56,217 nucleotides of DNA from Gemmatimonadota bacterium (lineage in GTDB: Bacteria > Gemmatimonadota > Gemmatimonadetes > Gemmatimonadales > GWC2-71-9), in assembly GCA_040389605.1 (NCBI GenBank), contig JAZJZU010000039.1, forward strand, positions 1-56,217, written 5' to 3'. The position numbers and the translations under genes were made by a program. The notes beneath the pieces are model-generated. The model made no database searches. It was not told where the DNA came from and was given only the letters and a program-made list of their open reading frames with translations. This document shows positions 18,256-27,199 of the stretch, in pieces. Every line of letters begins with the position of its first letter. The stretch's first letter is position 1.

Positions 18256-20134
18256 CACCCTGATCCTGCTGCTCGCCGGACTCGGCGCCGCCGCGTCATC
18301 CCTTGCGGCCCAGGCAACCCCAGCCCCTCCGGCGCCACGATACGTCAAACTGGTCGACACGCTCGTCGCGATGCGCGACGGCATTCGGCTGCACACCTCG
18401 ATCTGGGTTCCCGAGAGTCACACCGGACCGCTCCCGATCATCCTGACGCGAACCCCTTACGGCATCGATGGCGCGGACGGCCGGTTTCGCGGGTCCTACC
18501 GTGAACTCGCCGCCGATGGCTACGCCTTTGCTTTTCAGGACCTGCGGGGACACTACGGCAGCGAAGGGGTGTTCGTGATGCAGCGCCCACCCCGCGACCG
18601 GCGAGACCCCAAGGCGATCGATGAGGGCAGTGATGCCTATGACACGATGGAGTGGCTGCTCCATCGCACGCCCGACAACAACGGTCGCATCGGGATGCTG
18701 GGTGTTTCCTACGACGGCTGGACCACGGTGCAGGCCTTGATGGACCCGCATCCCGCATTCCGTGCGGCATCGCCGCAGGCGTCGCCAGCCGATATGTGGA
18801 TGGGCGACGACTTTCATCATCAGGGTGCCTTCCGGCTTTCGTACGGGTTCGAGTACGCCTATCAGATGGAACACGCCTCCGATTTCTCGGCCGGCTTCCC
18901 GTTTGACCGTGCCGATACCTACAGCTGGTATCTCGCACTGGGGCCGCTCTCGCGGGTGGATCCCGAATTCTTCAAGGGTGCCATTCCCACCTGGCGTGAC
19001 TATGTCGCGCACCCGGACTACGACGCCTTCTGGCAGAAGCAGGCCGCGGTGCCCTATCTCAACCACCCAGTGACAGTTCCGACGCTGAACGTCGCGGGAT
19101 GGTGGGATCAGGAAGACTTCTACGGACCGGTCACTATCTATCGCGAGATGGAGAAGCACGACAGCCGGAACCTGAACTTTCTCGTGGTCGGGCCCTGGAA
19201 CCACGGTGGCTGGGGGGGTACCGGTCAGCGACTCGGTCAGATCGACTTCGGGGCGGCGACGGGCGACTGGTATCGTGACTCCATCCAGCGGCCATTCTTC
19301 GCCTGCCACCTGAAGGGAACGCCGGGTGGGTGCACGCCGGCTGAGGCGACGCTCTTCCGCTCAGGCGAGAATCGCTGGGTAACCAGCGACACCTTCCCGC
19401 GCCGGAACGGCGTGCGCGCGACGCCCCTCTACTTCGGCCCCAACGGCTCGCTGACGTTCACGAAGCCAGTGCTCACCGCCGCTGCCGACAGCTTCGTCTC
19501 CGACCCTGCGAATCCGGTCCCCTATCGTCGGCGCCCCATTCAACCGACTTACGGCCCGGGCTCGCTGTGGCGCACCTGGCTCACCGAGGACCAGCGATTT
19601 GTGGACGGCCGTCCCGACGTGCGGACCTGGCAGACCGGCGTTCTTGACTCGCCCGTCACGATCAGCGGTGAGATCTCGGCCAGACTGTTCGCCTCGACTT
19701 CGGAGAGCGACGCCGACTGGGTGGTGAAGCTGATCGACGTCTACCCGGATTCGCTCGGTCCGGTGATGGGTGGTTTCGAGTTGATGGTTGCGAACGACGT
19801 GTTCCGCGGCCGGTACCTCGAGAGCTTCTCTGCACCACGGCCGCTGCGGCCCAACACGGTCGAGCGCTTCACGGTGGACCTCCATACCCAGGAGTACACC
19901 TTTGGGAGGGGCCACCGGATCATGGTCCAGGTCCAGAGCAGCTGGTTTCCGGTGATCGACCGGAACCCGCAACACTATGTCGCCAATATCTTCGCGGCCA
20001 AGGCCTCGGATTTCCGCCGGGCGACCCACGCGATTCAGCGCTCCAGCCGGTTCCCGAGTCACCTGGAGCTACCAGTGCTCTCGGGGCCCGGCCAGCACCC
20101 CCCTAGCGGAATCGGGGCCGATCAGCGTGATTAG
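18230..20134 (+). CDS. CocE/NonD-family hydrolase (X-Pro dipeptidyl-peptidase S15-like), secreted
   Basis: Internal ATG of track ORF 18158..20134. [29 protein letters not shown] signal. Nucleophile motif IGMLGVSYDGW. The long C-terminal beta-sandwich-like region is typical of the family. The start lies 26 nt inside the kinase 3' end. Confidence 0.87.
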   Translation: MRRGFHPCSTLILLLAGLGAAASSLAAQATPAPPAPRYVKLVDTLVAMRDGIRLHTSIWVPESHTGPLPIILTRTPYGIDGADGRFRGSYRELAADGYAFAFQDLRGHYGSEGVFVMQRPPRDRRDPKAIDEGSDAYDTMEWLLHRTPDNNGRIGMLGVSYDGWTTVQALMDPHPAFRAASPQASPADMWMGDDFHHQGAFRLSYGFEYAYQMEHASDFSAGFPFDRADTYSWYLALGPLSRVDPEFFKGAIPTWRDYVAHPDYDAFWQKQAAVPYLNHPVTVPTLNVAGWWDQEDFYGPVTIYREMEKHDSRNLNFLVVGPWNHGGWGGTGQRLGQIDFGAATGDWYRDSIQRPFFACHLKGTPGGCTPAEATLFRSGENRWVTSDTFPRRNGVRATPLYFGPNGSLTFTKPVLTAAADSFVSDPANPVPYRRRPIQPTYGPGSLWRTWLTEDQRFVDGRPDVRTWQTGVLDSPVTISGEISARLFASTSESDADWVVKLIDVYPDSLGPVMGGFELMVANDVFRGRYLESFSAPRPLRPNTVERFTVDLHTQEYTFGRGHRIMVQVQSSWFPVIDRNPQHYVANIFAAKASDFRRATHAIQRSSRFPSHLELPVLSGPGQHPPSGIGADQRD

Positions 20135-20142
20135 GGGCAGCG

Positions 20143-20748
20143 GTGCCCGTCGGCGCCGCGTCCCCGACACCGGTTTGCATGCTCGACGACCTGCTCGATG
20201 CGAGTCGGCGCAATGATTTGGAGCGTGTCCGTTCGCTCGTCACCGCCGACCCCACACTGTTGCTACGCCAGTCTCCTTCCGGCGAAACGCCCCTGCTCGC
20301 GGCCCTGTATGCCCGCAGCGGGGAGACGGCGTGCTGGTTGGCAGGACAATCCTGGCCCAGAAACATCTTTGAGGCTGCGGCCGTTGATGATGTTACCCGA
20401 TTGATGGAATTGCTGGATTCCGACCCGCAGCTCGCCGATATCTATTCGGCAGACGGCTGGTCACCCTTGCATCTCGCCGCATTCTTTGGCGCAGGCCGGA
20501 CCGCAGAGCTTCTGCTGGCCCGCGGCGCAGATCACCGACTCCTCTCCAGAAACCACATGGCTAACACTCCGCTGCACGCCGCCATCGCGGCCAAGCACCT
20601 CTCGCTGACCGAGCTGCTACTCGACGCCGGCGCCGACCCATCCACCACGGCCGCCGGATATACCCCACTCGACCTCGCCCTCGGGAATGGCTTCGACGCC
20701 GGGGCAGCCCGGATCCAGCAGGCACTCGCGGCGCGGGGGATGTCATGA
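20143..20748 (+). CDS. Ankyrin-repeat protein
   Basis: About 190-200 aa. Repeats GETPLLAALYARSGE, GWSPLHLAAFFGAGRTAELLLARGADH, NTPLHAAIAAKHLSLTELLLDAGADP and GYTPLDLALGNG. Start 20143 or ATG 20179 (MLDDLLDASRRNDLERV). The stop overlaps the rho ATG (ATGA). Confidence 0.8.
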   Translation: MPVGAASPTPVCMLDDLLDASRRNDLERVRSLVTADPTLLLRQSPSGETPLLAALYARSGETACWLAGQSWPRNIFEAAAVDDVTRLMELLDSDPQLADIYSADGWSPLHLAAFFGAGRTAELLLARGADHRLLSRNHMANTPLHAAIAAKHLSLTELLLDAGADPSTTAAGYTPLDLALGNGFDAGAARIQQALAARGMS

Positions 20749-21986
20749 GCGAACCGCGGGGGAAGCCACCGAGGCGCCGTGGGGGTCGTGGACGAGGGCG
20801 ACGCAGCGGACAGACCGGGGAACATCCGATCGCTGGCGGCGGGGCAGGAGCGGCGCTCGAATCACCGCGCGGCGGAGCAGCCACCAACGGAGCGCGCATC
20901 GAAGTGTCGGGTGTCCTGGAGCTGACGGACAAGGGCGGCGGATTCCTGCGCCAGCGGGCCGCGAGTTACCTGCCGAGTCCTGGCGACGTTTTCGTCCCGC
21001 AGTCGGTACTCCAGCGCAACAAGTTGCGCGCCGGCGATGAAGTGGCTGGCGAAGCGATCCCCCAGAACGGCCGCGCCCCGGCACTTGCCTCCGTCACCAC
21101 CATCTTTGGATTTCCCCCGGCCGAGCTCGAGGGACGCCAGGACTTTTCCCGGCTTCCAGCGATCCACCCGACACAGCAACTGATCCTGTCGTCGAAGGAA
21201 CCGCTCAAGCGAGGGGCAGACCTCACCGCACCCCTGATCGACTTGCTGGCTCCGCTGGGCAAGGGGCAGCGCTGTCTTGTGGTGGCCCCGGCGAAGGCCG
21301 GCAAGACCACGCTGCTGACGACCATCGCGCGTGGCATCGTCACCAACTATCCCGACGCGACGGTCTACATTCTGCTGGCTGACGAACGTCCTGAAGAAGT
21401 CACCGAAATGGAAATGGCGGGCGCGGGCGAGGTGATTGCCTCGAGCTTCGACCACGGTGCGGCGCGCCACGTCGCGATGGCCGAGATGACGCTCGAGCGG
21501 GCCCGCCGGCGCGTGGAGCTGGGGCAGGATGTGGTGATCATCCTCGATTCCCTCACCCGCCTTGCTCGCGCCTACAACAACATCGACCGAGGCTCAGGGC
21601 GTACCCTGTCGGGTGGCATCGGCGCCGAAGCGATGGAACGGCCCAAGAAGTTTTTCGGGAGTGCGAGGATGGTGGAGCCGTCGCGCGGTGGCGGTTCGCT
21701 GACGATCATTGCGACCGCACTGATCGACACGGGATCGCGCGGCGATGAAGTGATCTTCGAGGAGTTCAAGGGAACGGGCAACTCGGAAATTGTCCTGAGT
21801 CGCGAGCTTGCCGAACGGCGCATCTTCCCGGCCATCGATGTGAGCGCGAGCGGCACGCGACGGGAAGAACTGCTGCTGCCCAAGGACCAGCTGGAACGAT
21901 CACACCAGATGCGTCAGGCGGTGGCGGACCTCTCGCCCAACAAGGCGGTCGAGACGGTGCGGGAGCTGATCGCGCGAGGCATCTGA
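20745..21986 (+). CDS. rho: Transcription termination factor Rho (Arg/Gly-rich N-terminus)
   Basis: 413 aa. OB/RNA-binding region [14 protein letters not shown]...[21 protein letters not shown]. Walker [71 protein letters not shown]. Confidence 0.93.
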   Translation: MSEPRGKPPRRRGGRGRGRRSGQTGEHPIAGGGAGAALESPRGGAATNGARIEVSGVLELTDKGGGFLRQRAASYLPSPGDVFVPQSVLQRNKLRAGDEVAGEAIPQNGRAPALASVTTIFGFPPAELEGRQDFSRLPAIHPTQQLILSSKEPLKRGADLTAPLIDLLAPLGKGQRCLVVAPAKAGKTTLLTTIARGIVTNYPDATVYILLADERPEEVTEMEMAGAGEVIASSFDHGAARHVAMAEMTLERARRRVELGQDVVIILDSLTRLARAYNNIDRGSGRTLSGGIGAEAMERPKKFFGSARMVEPSRGGGSLTIIATALIDTGSRGDEVIFEEFKGTGNSEIVLSRELAERRIFPAIDVSASGTRREELLLPKDQLERSHQMRQAVADLSPNKAVETVRELIARGI

Positions 21987-21996
21987 CGCCTCACGA

Positions 21997-22022
21997 CGGC
22001 GCGAGCGTCAGAACTCGCGCCG
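21997..22022. terminator. Hairpin between the convergent rho and a small minus-strand ORF
   Basis: CGGCGCGAG (21997..22005) pairs with CTCGCGCCG (22014..22022), giving a 9-bp stem and an 8-nt loop. It overlaps the stop codon of the small ORF. There is no U-tract. Confidence 0.35.
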
Positions 22023-22184
22023 CTTCATTTCCTTAAACAGATGCTGCCTCTCGGTATCGCCTTCATTCTCGGGCCGCTTGGTGGCTTCGAGGGTGGGGTC
22101 GGTGAAGCGCGCCTTCCGGCCCTTCTCCGACGTGGCCTGTGCGGCCGCCTTCTTGATCAGTGCTTCGAGTTGCTTGTTCTTCAC
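22008..22184 (-). CDS. Small basic protein, 58 aa (below the ORF-track size cut-off)
   Basis: GTG at 22184..22182 is preceded by GGAGG with a 7-nt spacer. Translation: VKNKQLEALIKKAAAQATSEKGRKARFTDPTLEATKRPENEGDTERQHLFKEMKRREF, stop TGA (plus-strand tca 22008..22010). The overlapping track ORF 22063..22266 is in another frame and looks non-coding. Confidence 0.45.
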   Translation of the reverse strand: MKNKQLEALIKKAAAQATSEKGRKARFTDPTLEATKRPENEGDTERQHLFKEMKRREF

Positions 22185-22262
22185 CGCGTGACCTCCTGGG
22201 TCCGGGGGTGACTGGTCTGCCTGCCACCCCCCAAAATACCCTGCCGGCCACCACCACTCCAG

Positions 22263-25200
22263 TCACGGCTCTGCCGGGATCCTGCCCGGGGTCGGCGGTG
22301 CCCCGAGCCGTTCCAGCTCCGCCTCGATCGCCGGGATCTCGGTCGTCAGGATGGGCTTGAGCCGCGCGTATTCTGCGGCAAAATCCGCCGCGGCAATCGC
22401 ATACTGCTCCCGGTTCGTGGTAGTGGGCGCGGCCAGCATGCCATCGGGCGAGGCGTTGCCGGCGTGCGACTGGATGGAAACCGGCACCTGCTCGCCCCGG
22501 GCAGAGTTGACCACGTCGCCGCGCAGTGCGCGAAGCGAGAGGGCCAGGCGCCGGCTCACGTCGCGTGCCCGGTCGGTGAGCGCGCGGGGCGCCTGGGGCA
22601 TCTGGTCGAGCACCTTGAGGATCGCATCCATCTTGGTGGTGGCCGTATTGCCACCCTCGATGGCAGCCGAAACCTGCCGACTCAGCTTCTGCGCCTGCGC
22701 GCGGAAGGCAATATTGGCCTCGCGATCGGCCACGGGAGTCGTGGCCGCTGGATCGTGCAGCACATTGAACTGGACCGGAGGCGAGAGCGTCGTGGTCACA
22801 CCCTTCTCTCTCCGAACGAGCGTCACGCTATAACGCCCCGGCGGCACCGGACTGCCACTCGCGCCGCCTCCAAATCCACCGCCGCCCCCACGACCACCGC
22901 CTGCCGGAGCACCTCCGCCATCACCCGGGGCGTCGAGTGCACCGCGCATATCCCAGGTCACCCGGTGCACACCACGCGAGCCAGGCAAGGTGAGCTCGCG
23001 CCAGATCTGCCCTGACGCATCGGCGATCGACGCCGCCAGCACCACAGGTTCTTCGTCAGCCTCGGCGATGAAATCCTCGGGAGTGGGATAGCTGATCGGC
23101 TTGCCGGCCTTCTCTGCCGCGCGCTGGGCTGCGATCCGCTTCTCCTTCCGCGAGGTCCAGAACGTTTCCTTGAGCGAATAGGTGAGCTGCGCGCCGTACT
23201 CCGGGTTCGAGGCAGTAAAGAACCCCTCTCCCTGGTTCCCCCTGCCACCACCACCGAGCGGCCCCCGCCGCACGTAGGAAACAGCATCCTTGACGGGATA
23301 GAGCGTCACGGGTGCGGCGAGCGTCGCCAGGGTGATGTCTCGCAGCCGTGAGTAGTCATCCACCACATAGATGCCGCGCCCGAAAGTGCCGAGCACGAGA
23401 TCGTCCTCGCCACGCTGGATGGCGATGTCGCGGACCTGGATCGTGGGCAGTCCGGAAATCTTCGACCAGTGCGCGCCACCATCCTTGGTGACATAGGCCC
23501 CAAATTCGGTGCCGGCAAAGAGCAACGCTGGATCGACGTGATCCTCGGCGATCGTGTAGACGGTGCCGCGCTTGGGCAGGTCACCGGCGATGGAGACCCA
23601 ACTGCGTCCCGCATCGGTGCTCTTGAGAAGGTACGGAGCGAAGTCGCCATTCTGGTGATTGTTGACCGCCACGAAGACCGTACGGGCGTCGTAGCGCGAA
23701 GTGATCAGGCGCTGGATGTAGGCATTGCCAGGAACACCGGCAATGGAATCGGCGCGGCGCCAGGTGGCGCCACCATCCTCGGTCACCTGAATCAGGCCAT
23801 CATCGGTCCCGACATACAGCAATCCGGGAGTCTTCTGGGATTCGGCAAGCGTGCTGATGTTGCTGTAGAAGGCGGTCGACTGATTCTTCGCCACGGCGTC
23901 GGGGCCCCAGACCTTCCCCATCACCGGCAAGGCGTTGCGATCGAGCTGACGCGTGAGATCGCCACTGACGGGCGTCCAGGTGTTGCCACGATCGTCGCTG
24001 CGATAGACGCGCTGCGAGGCCGTGTACAGCCGGGTGTGCGAATGTGGAGAGATGATGATGGGAGTGTCCCAGTTCCAGCGACTCGGCGTCTCGCCACGCC
24101 CTTCGGCTGGCTGGATGCCGATCGCCTCACCGGTCCGCACGTCGAACCGTACCATACCGGCGTTCTGGCTCTCGGCATAGATGGTGTTGGGATCCTCGGG
24201 ATCGATCCGGGAGACGAAGCCGTCGCCGCCGTTGGTCACGAACCAGTCGGTATTCAGCAACCCGTTGCTGCTGCGTGACGCCACCGGCCCACAGAGCGAC
24301 GCGTTGTCCTGGGTGCCGCCGCACACCAGATAGAACGGTCCGTTCGTGCTGACATCGATGTCGTAGAACTGGGTGATCGGGAGGTTGGCGAAGAACTGCC
24401 AGGTCTTGCCCGCATCCCAGGTCTGGTAGAGTCCGCCATCGTTGCCATTGATGTAGTGGTCGGGGAATCGGGGATCGACCCAGAGCGCGTGATTGTCGAC
24501 GTGCTTGGATCGTTCGCCCACTCCGCGCCAGGTGGCACCGCCATCATCGGACACCTGGGTCTGGACATCCATCGAATAGAGTCGCTGGACATTGAAGGGA
24601 TCGGCAACGAGCGTCGCGTAGTACATCGGCTGGGCCGTGTAGGACGATCGCTTTTCCCAGGTCACGCCATCGTCGATGGAACGAAAGATTCCGCCGTCAC
24701 CGGGGGTCGATTCGATGGTCGCGTAGACGACATCCGGATCGCGCGGCGACACGGCGAGCCCGATCCGGCCCAGCGTGCCCGATGGCACTCCACTGGTGAC
24801 CTTCCTCCAGCTCTTGCCGGCATCGGTCGAGCGGTACAGTGCGCTCTCGGGGCCACCGTTGATCAGGGTATAGAAGTGCCGCCGGCGCTGCCAGGTGGCG
24901 GCGAGGAGTACGTCGGGATTGCGCGGATCGATCACCACATCGGTGACGCCGGTTCGCTCACTCACTGGAATGACCGACGCCCAGGTCTTTCCGCCATCCG
25001 TGGTCTTGTAGAGTCCACGATCTCCGCCATCGGCCCAGAGCGGGCCCTGCGCGGCGACGTACACCACGTCACTGTTGCGGGGATCGATCACGATCCGGGC
25101 GATGTGCTCCGACTTTTCGAGCCCCATCCGCTTCCAGCTCTTTCCGGCATCATCGGACCGATAGACGCCGTCACCATAACCCACGCTGCGCTGCGAGTTG

Positions 25201-25694
25201 TTTTCGCCGGTACCGACCCAGATGGTCGTCGGTCGCTTCGGATCGACCACCACGGTCCCGATCGAGAAGGACGACTGCTTGTCGAAGATCGGATTCCAGC
25301 TCGCTCCGCCGTTCTCGGTCTTGAACACACCTCCCGATGCCACGCCGATATACATCGTGCCGGGAAGCTCGGGATGCACTGCGATGCTGACGATGCGCCC
25401 TCCCGTGACCGCCGGACCAATCAATCGTGGCTTGAGCAGCGACCCAATCGCGCCAGCGAGACCACGGCCCGGGGTCGTGTCACTCCCTTCGGCCTTGGTC
25501 GTGTCGCGAGAGGCGCGAGTGCTGTCACGTCGGGTGGTGTCTGTGGCAGCCGCCGGCCGCCGTGTGCGCGTGGAGTCAGCCGGTGCCGTGCGACCGGCGG
25601 GTCGACGGACGGGTTGCTGTGATGCCAGCGGGAGCGCGGATGCCAGGAGCACAGCAAGCGAGGCGAGAGCGCAAGCGACGACCGAACGGCGCAT
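22263..25694 (-). CDS. Secreted BNR/Asp-box repeat protein with tandem beta-propeller-like regions (sortilin/VPS10- or GH74-like glycosyl-hydrolase-like)
   Basis: 1143 aa. Signal peptide MRRSVVACALASLAVLLASALPLASQ. At least 10 Asp-box motifs (S/T-x-D-x-G-x-[TS]-W): TENGGASW, SDDAGKSW, TTDGGKTW, STDAGKSW, SIDDGVTW, SDDGGATW, TWDAGKTW, SDDRGNTW, TEDGGATW, STDAGRSW, TKDGGAHW. The tail is Gly-rich and then helical. Confidence 0.85.
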   Translation of the reverse strand: MRRSVVACALASLAVLLASALPLASQQPVRRPAGRTAPADSTRTRRPAAATDTTRRDSTRASRDTTKAEGSDTTPGRGLAGAIGSLLKPRLIGPAVTGGRIVSIAVHPELPGTMYIGVASGGVFKTENGGASWNPIFDKQSSFSIGTVVVDPKRPTTIWVGTGENNSQRSVGYGDGVYRSDDAGKSWKRMGLEKSEHIARIVIDPRNSDVVYVAAQGPLWADGGDRGLYKTTDGGKTWASVIPVSERTGVTDVVIDPRNPDVLLAATWQRRRHFYTLINGGPESALYRSTDAGKSWRKVTSGVPSGTLGRIGLAVSPRDPDVVYATIESTPGDGGIFRSIDDGVTWEKRSSYTAQPMYYATLVADPFNVQRLYSMDVQTQVSDDGGATWRGVGERSKHVDNHALWVDPRFPDHYINGNDGGLYQTWDAGKTWQFFANLPITQFYDIDVSTNGPFYLVCGGTQDNASLCGPVASRSSNGLLNTDWFVTNGGDGFVSRIDPEDPNTIYAESQNAGMVRFDVRTGEAIGIQPAEGRGETPSRWNWDTPIIISPHSHTRLYTASQRVYRSDDRGNTWTPVSGDLTRQLDRNALPVMGKVWGPDAVAKNQSTAFYSNISTLAESQKTPGLLYVGTDDGLIQVTEDGGATWRRADSIAGVPGNAYIQRLITSRYDARTVFVAVNNHQNGDFAPYLLKSTDAGRSWVSIAGDLPKRGTVYTIAEDHVDPALLFAGTEFGAYVTKDGGAHWSKISGLPTIQVRDIAIQRGEDDLVLGTFGRGIYVVDDYSRLRDITLATLAAPVTLYPVKDAVSYVRRGPLGGGGRGNQGEGFFTASNPEYGAQLTYSLKETFWTSRKEKRIAAQRAAEKAGKPISYPTPEDFIAEADEEPVVLAASIADASGQIWRELTLPGSRGVHRVTWDMRGALDAPGDGGGAPAGGGRGGGGGFGGGASGSPVPPGRYSVTLVRREKGVTTTLSPPVQFNVLHDPAATTPVADREANIAFRAQAQKLSRQVSAAIEGGNTATTKMDAILKVLDQMPQAPRALTDRARDVSRRLALSLRALRGDVVNSARGEQVPVSIQSHAGNASPDGMLAAPTTTNREQYAIAAADFAAEYARLKPILTTEIPAIEAELERLGAPPTPGRIPAEP

Positions 25695-25775
25695 CGAATC
25701 AGACTCCAGATGGAAGAGGCGGGAGCGGCACAGCAGACCTGAAGCATCGCCCGACTATCGGCTTCGCGCCAGCGG

Positions 25776-27092
25776 TCAGGGATGCAGGGGCGCAGCTGGC
25801 GCGCGAAAGAATCGGCGCCAGACGAGGTAGACCGGCACACCCGCGAGTGTTGCCCCGAAGCTCACCGCGAAGGAACGTGGATCGCCGGCGAGTGCGAAAC
25901 CGCTCACCACCACGACACTCGCTACGAAGATCAGGAGCGGCAGCGGGTAGAACGGCATACTCCACGATGGGGGACCGTCCCGACGACGAAGCACCACTGC
26001 ACCACAGAGCGTGACCGCCGTGAGCGGGTAGATCGCCAGCACCGCCAGACGGATAAGTGAGGCATAGCTTCCGGACAGCACCAGCGCGACCGACATCCCG
26101 CCCACAAGCAGGATGGCTTGCCACGGGGTCTGCCACCGTGAGAGGGCCGTGAAGCGGACGAAGAAGAGCCGTTCCTCGGCCATCGCATAGGCGAGCCTCG
26201 GGAAGCCGAGCATCTGGGCACTCACCGTGCCGAACGTCGCCACCAGGACCAGCACCGCGACGAACCGTGCACCACCTGCGCCGAGCACTCCACGCATCGC
26301 GTCGGCCGCCACGGCAGGCGACGCTCGTACGCCTTCGAAGCCAAGAACTCGCAGGAAGGCCGCGTTGAGCAGCAGGTACGCCACGGCAACGATCGCCGTT
26401 CCACCCAGCAGACCGAGCGGCAGCGTGCGCTGCGGATCGCGGACCTCGCCGCCGAGCAGCGCAATACTCTGGAAGCCCTTGTAGGCAAAGATGATCGCGG
26501 TGAATCCCAGGGCGAGACTGGTGGCCGACCCCGGCGTCGTGATGACATCGGGAAGTCGGCTGTCACGGAGCGGCAATGCGAACGCCAGTACCACCACGGC
26601 GACAATCGCGAGCACCTTGCCGGTTGTGGCGATCGAGGTGACCCGGGCACCCGCGCGGGTGGAGCGCATTGCGATCAGGGTGTGGACCGCGATCAGGCCG
26701 GCGGCAGCGAGCCGGCGCTCCCACTCCGTGAGCGGAAGGAGGGCGGCACCGTAATCGGCGAACGTCCGCGAGACGGCGGCAATCGAGGCGGGTCCCGCGA
26801 AGACCAGATTGCACCATCCAAAGAGGAATGCGAGGCCGGGCCCGAATGCGGTGTTGAGGTAGACGAACTCGCCCCCCGAGCGCGGCAAGCGGGTGCCGAG
26901 CTCGGCATAGCAGAGGGCCCCGGCGAGCGCGAAGACGCCACCCAGGCCCCACCAGAGCAGCATCAGGCCCGGGGTTCCGGTGCGGGTGGCCACCTCGGCC
27001 GGGACGCGGAAGATCCCGCTGCCGATGATCCAGCCGACCACAAACAGGACGGTCGCGGCCGGTCCAACCACCCGCGGGAGTCGATCTGTCAC
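25776..27092 (-). CDS. APC-superfamily amino acid permease (paralogue of 12998..14323)
   Basis: 438 aa. VVGWIIGSGIFRVPAEV...YAELGTRLPRSGGEFVYL. Polytopic. Confidence 0.88.
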   Translation of the reverse strand: MTDRLPRVVGPAATVLFVVGWIIGSGIFRVPAEVATRTGTPGLMLLWWGLGGVFALAGALCYAELGTRLPRSGGEFVYLNTAFGPGLAFLFGWCNLVFAGPASIAAVSRTFADYGAALLPLTEWERRLAAAGLIAVHTLIAMRSTRAGARVTSIATTGKVLAIVAVVVLAFALPLRDSRLPDVITTPGSATSLALGFTAIIFAYKGFQSIALLGGEVRDPQRTLPLGLLGGTAIVAVAYLLLNAAFLRVLGFEGVRASPAVAADAMRGVLGAGGARFVAVLVLVATFGTVSAQMLGFPRLAYAMAEERLFFVRFTALSRWQTPWQAILLVGGMSVALVLSGSYASLIRLAVLAIYPLTAVTLCGAVVLRRRDGPPSWSMPFYPLPLLIFVASVVVVSGFALAGDPRSFAVSFGATLAGVPVYLVWRRFFRAPAAPLHP

Positions 27093-27199
27093 GATGGGGC
27101 CCCGACCGGGGTTGCTGGAGGACGGCGGGAATGCGTGATTGCATCTTCACACCCGCGGGGCGAAATCGCCAGCCGTCGGGTTCCCCGGGGGAGGAAGGT

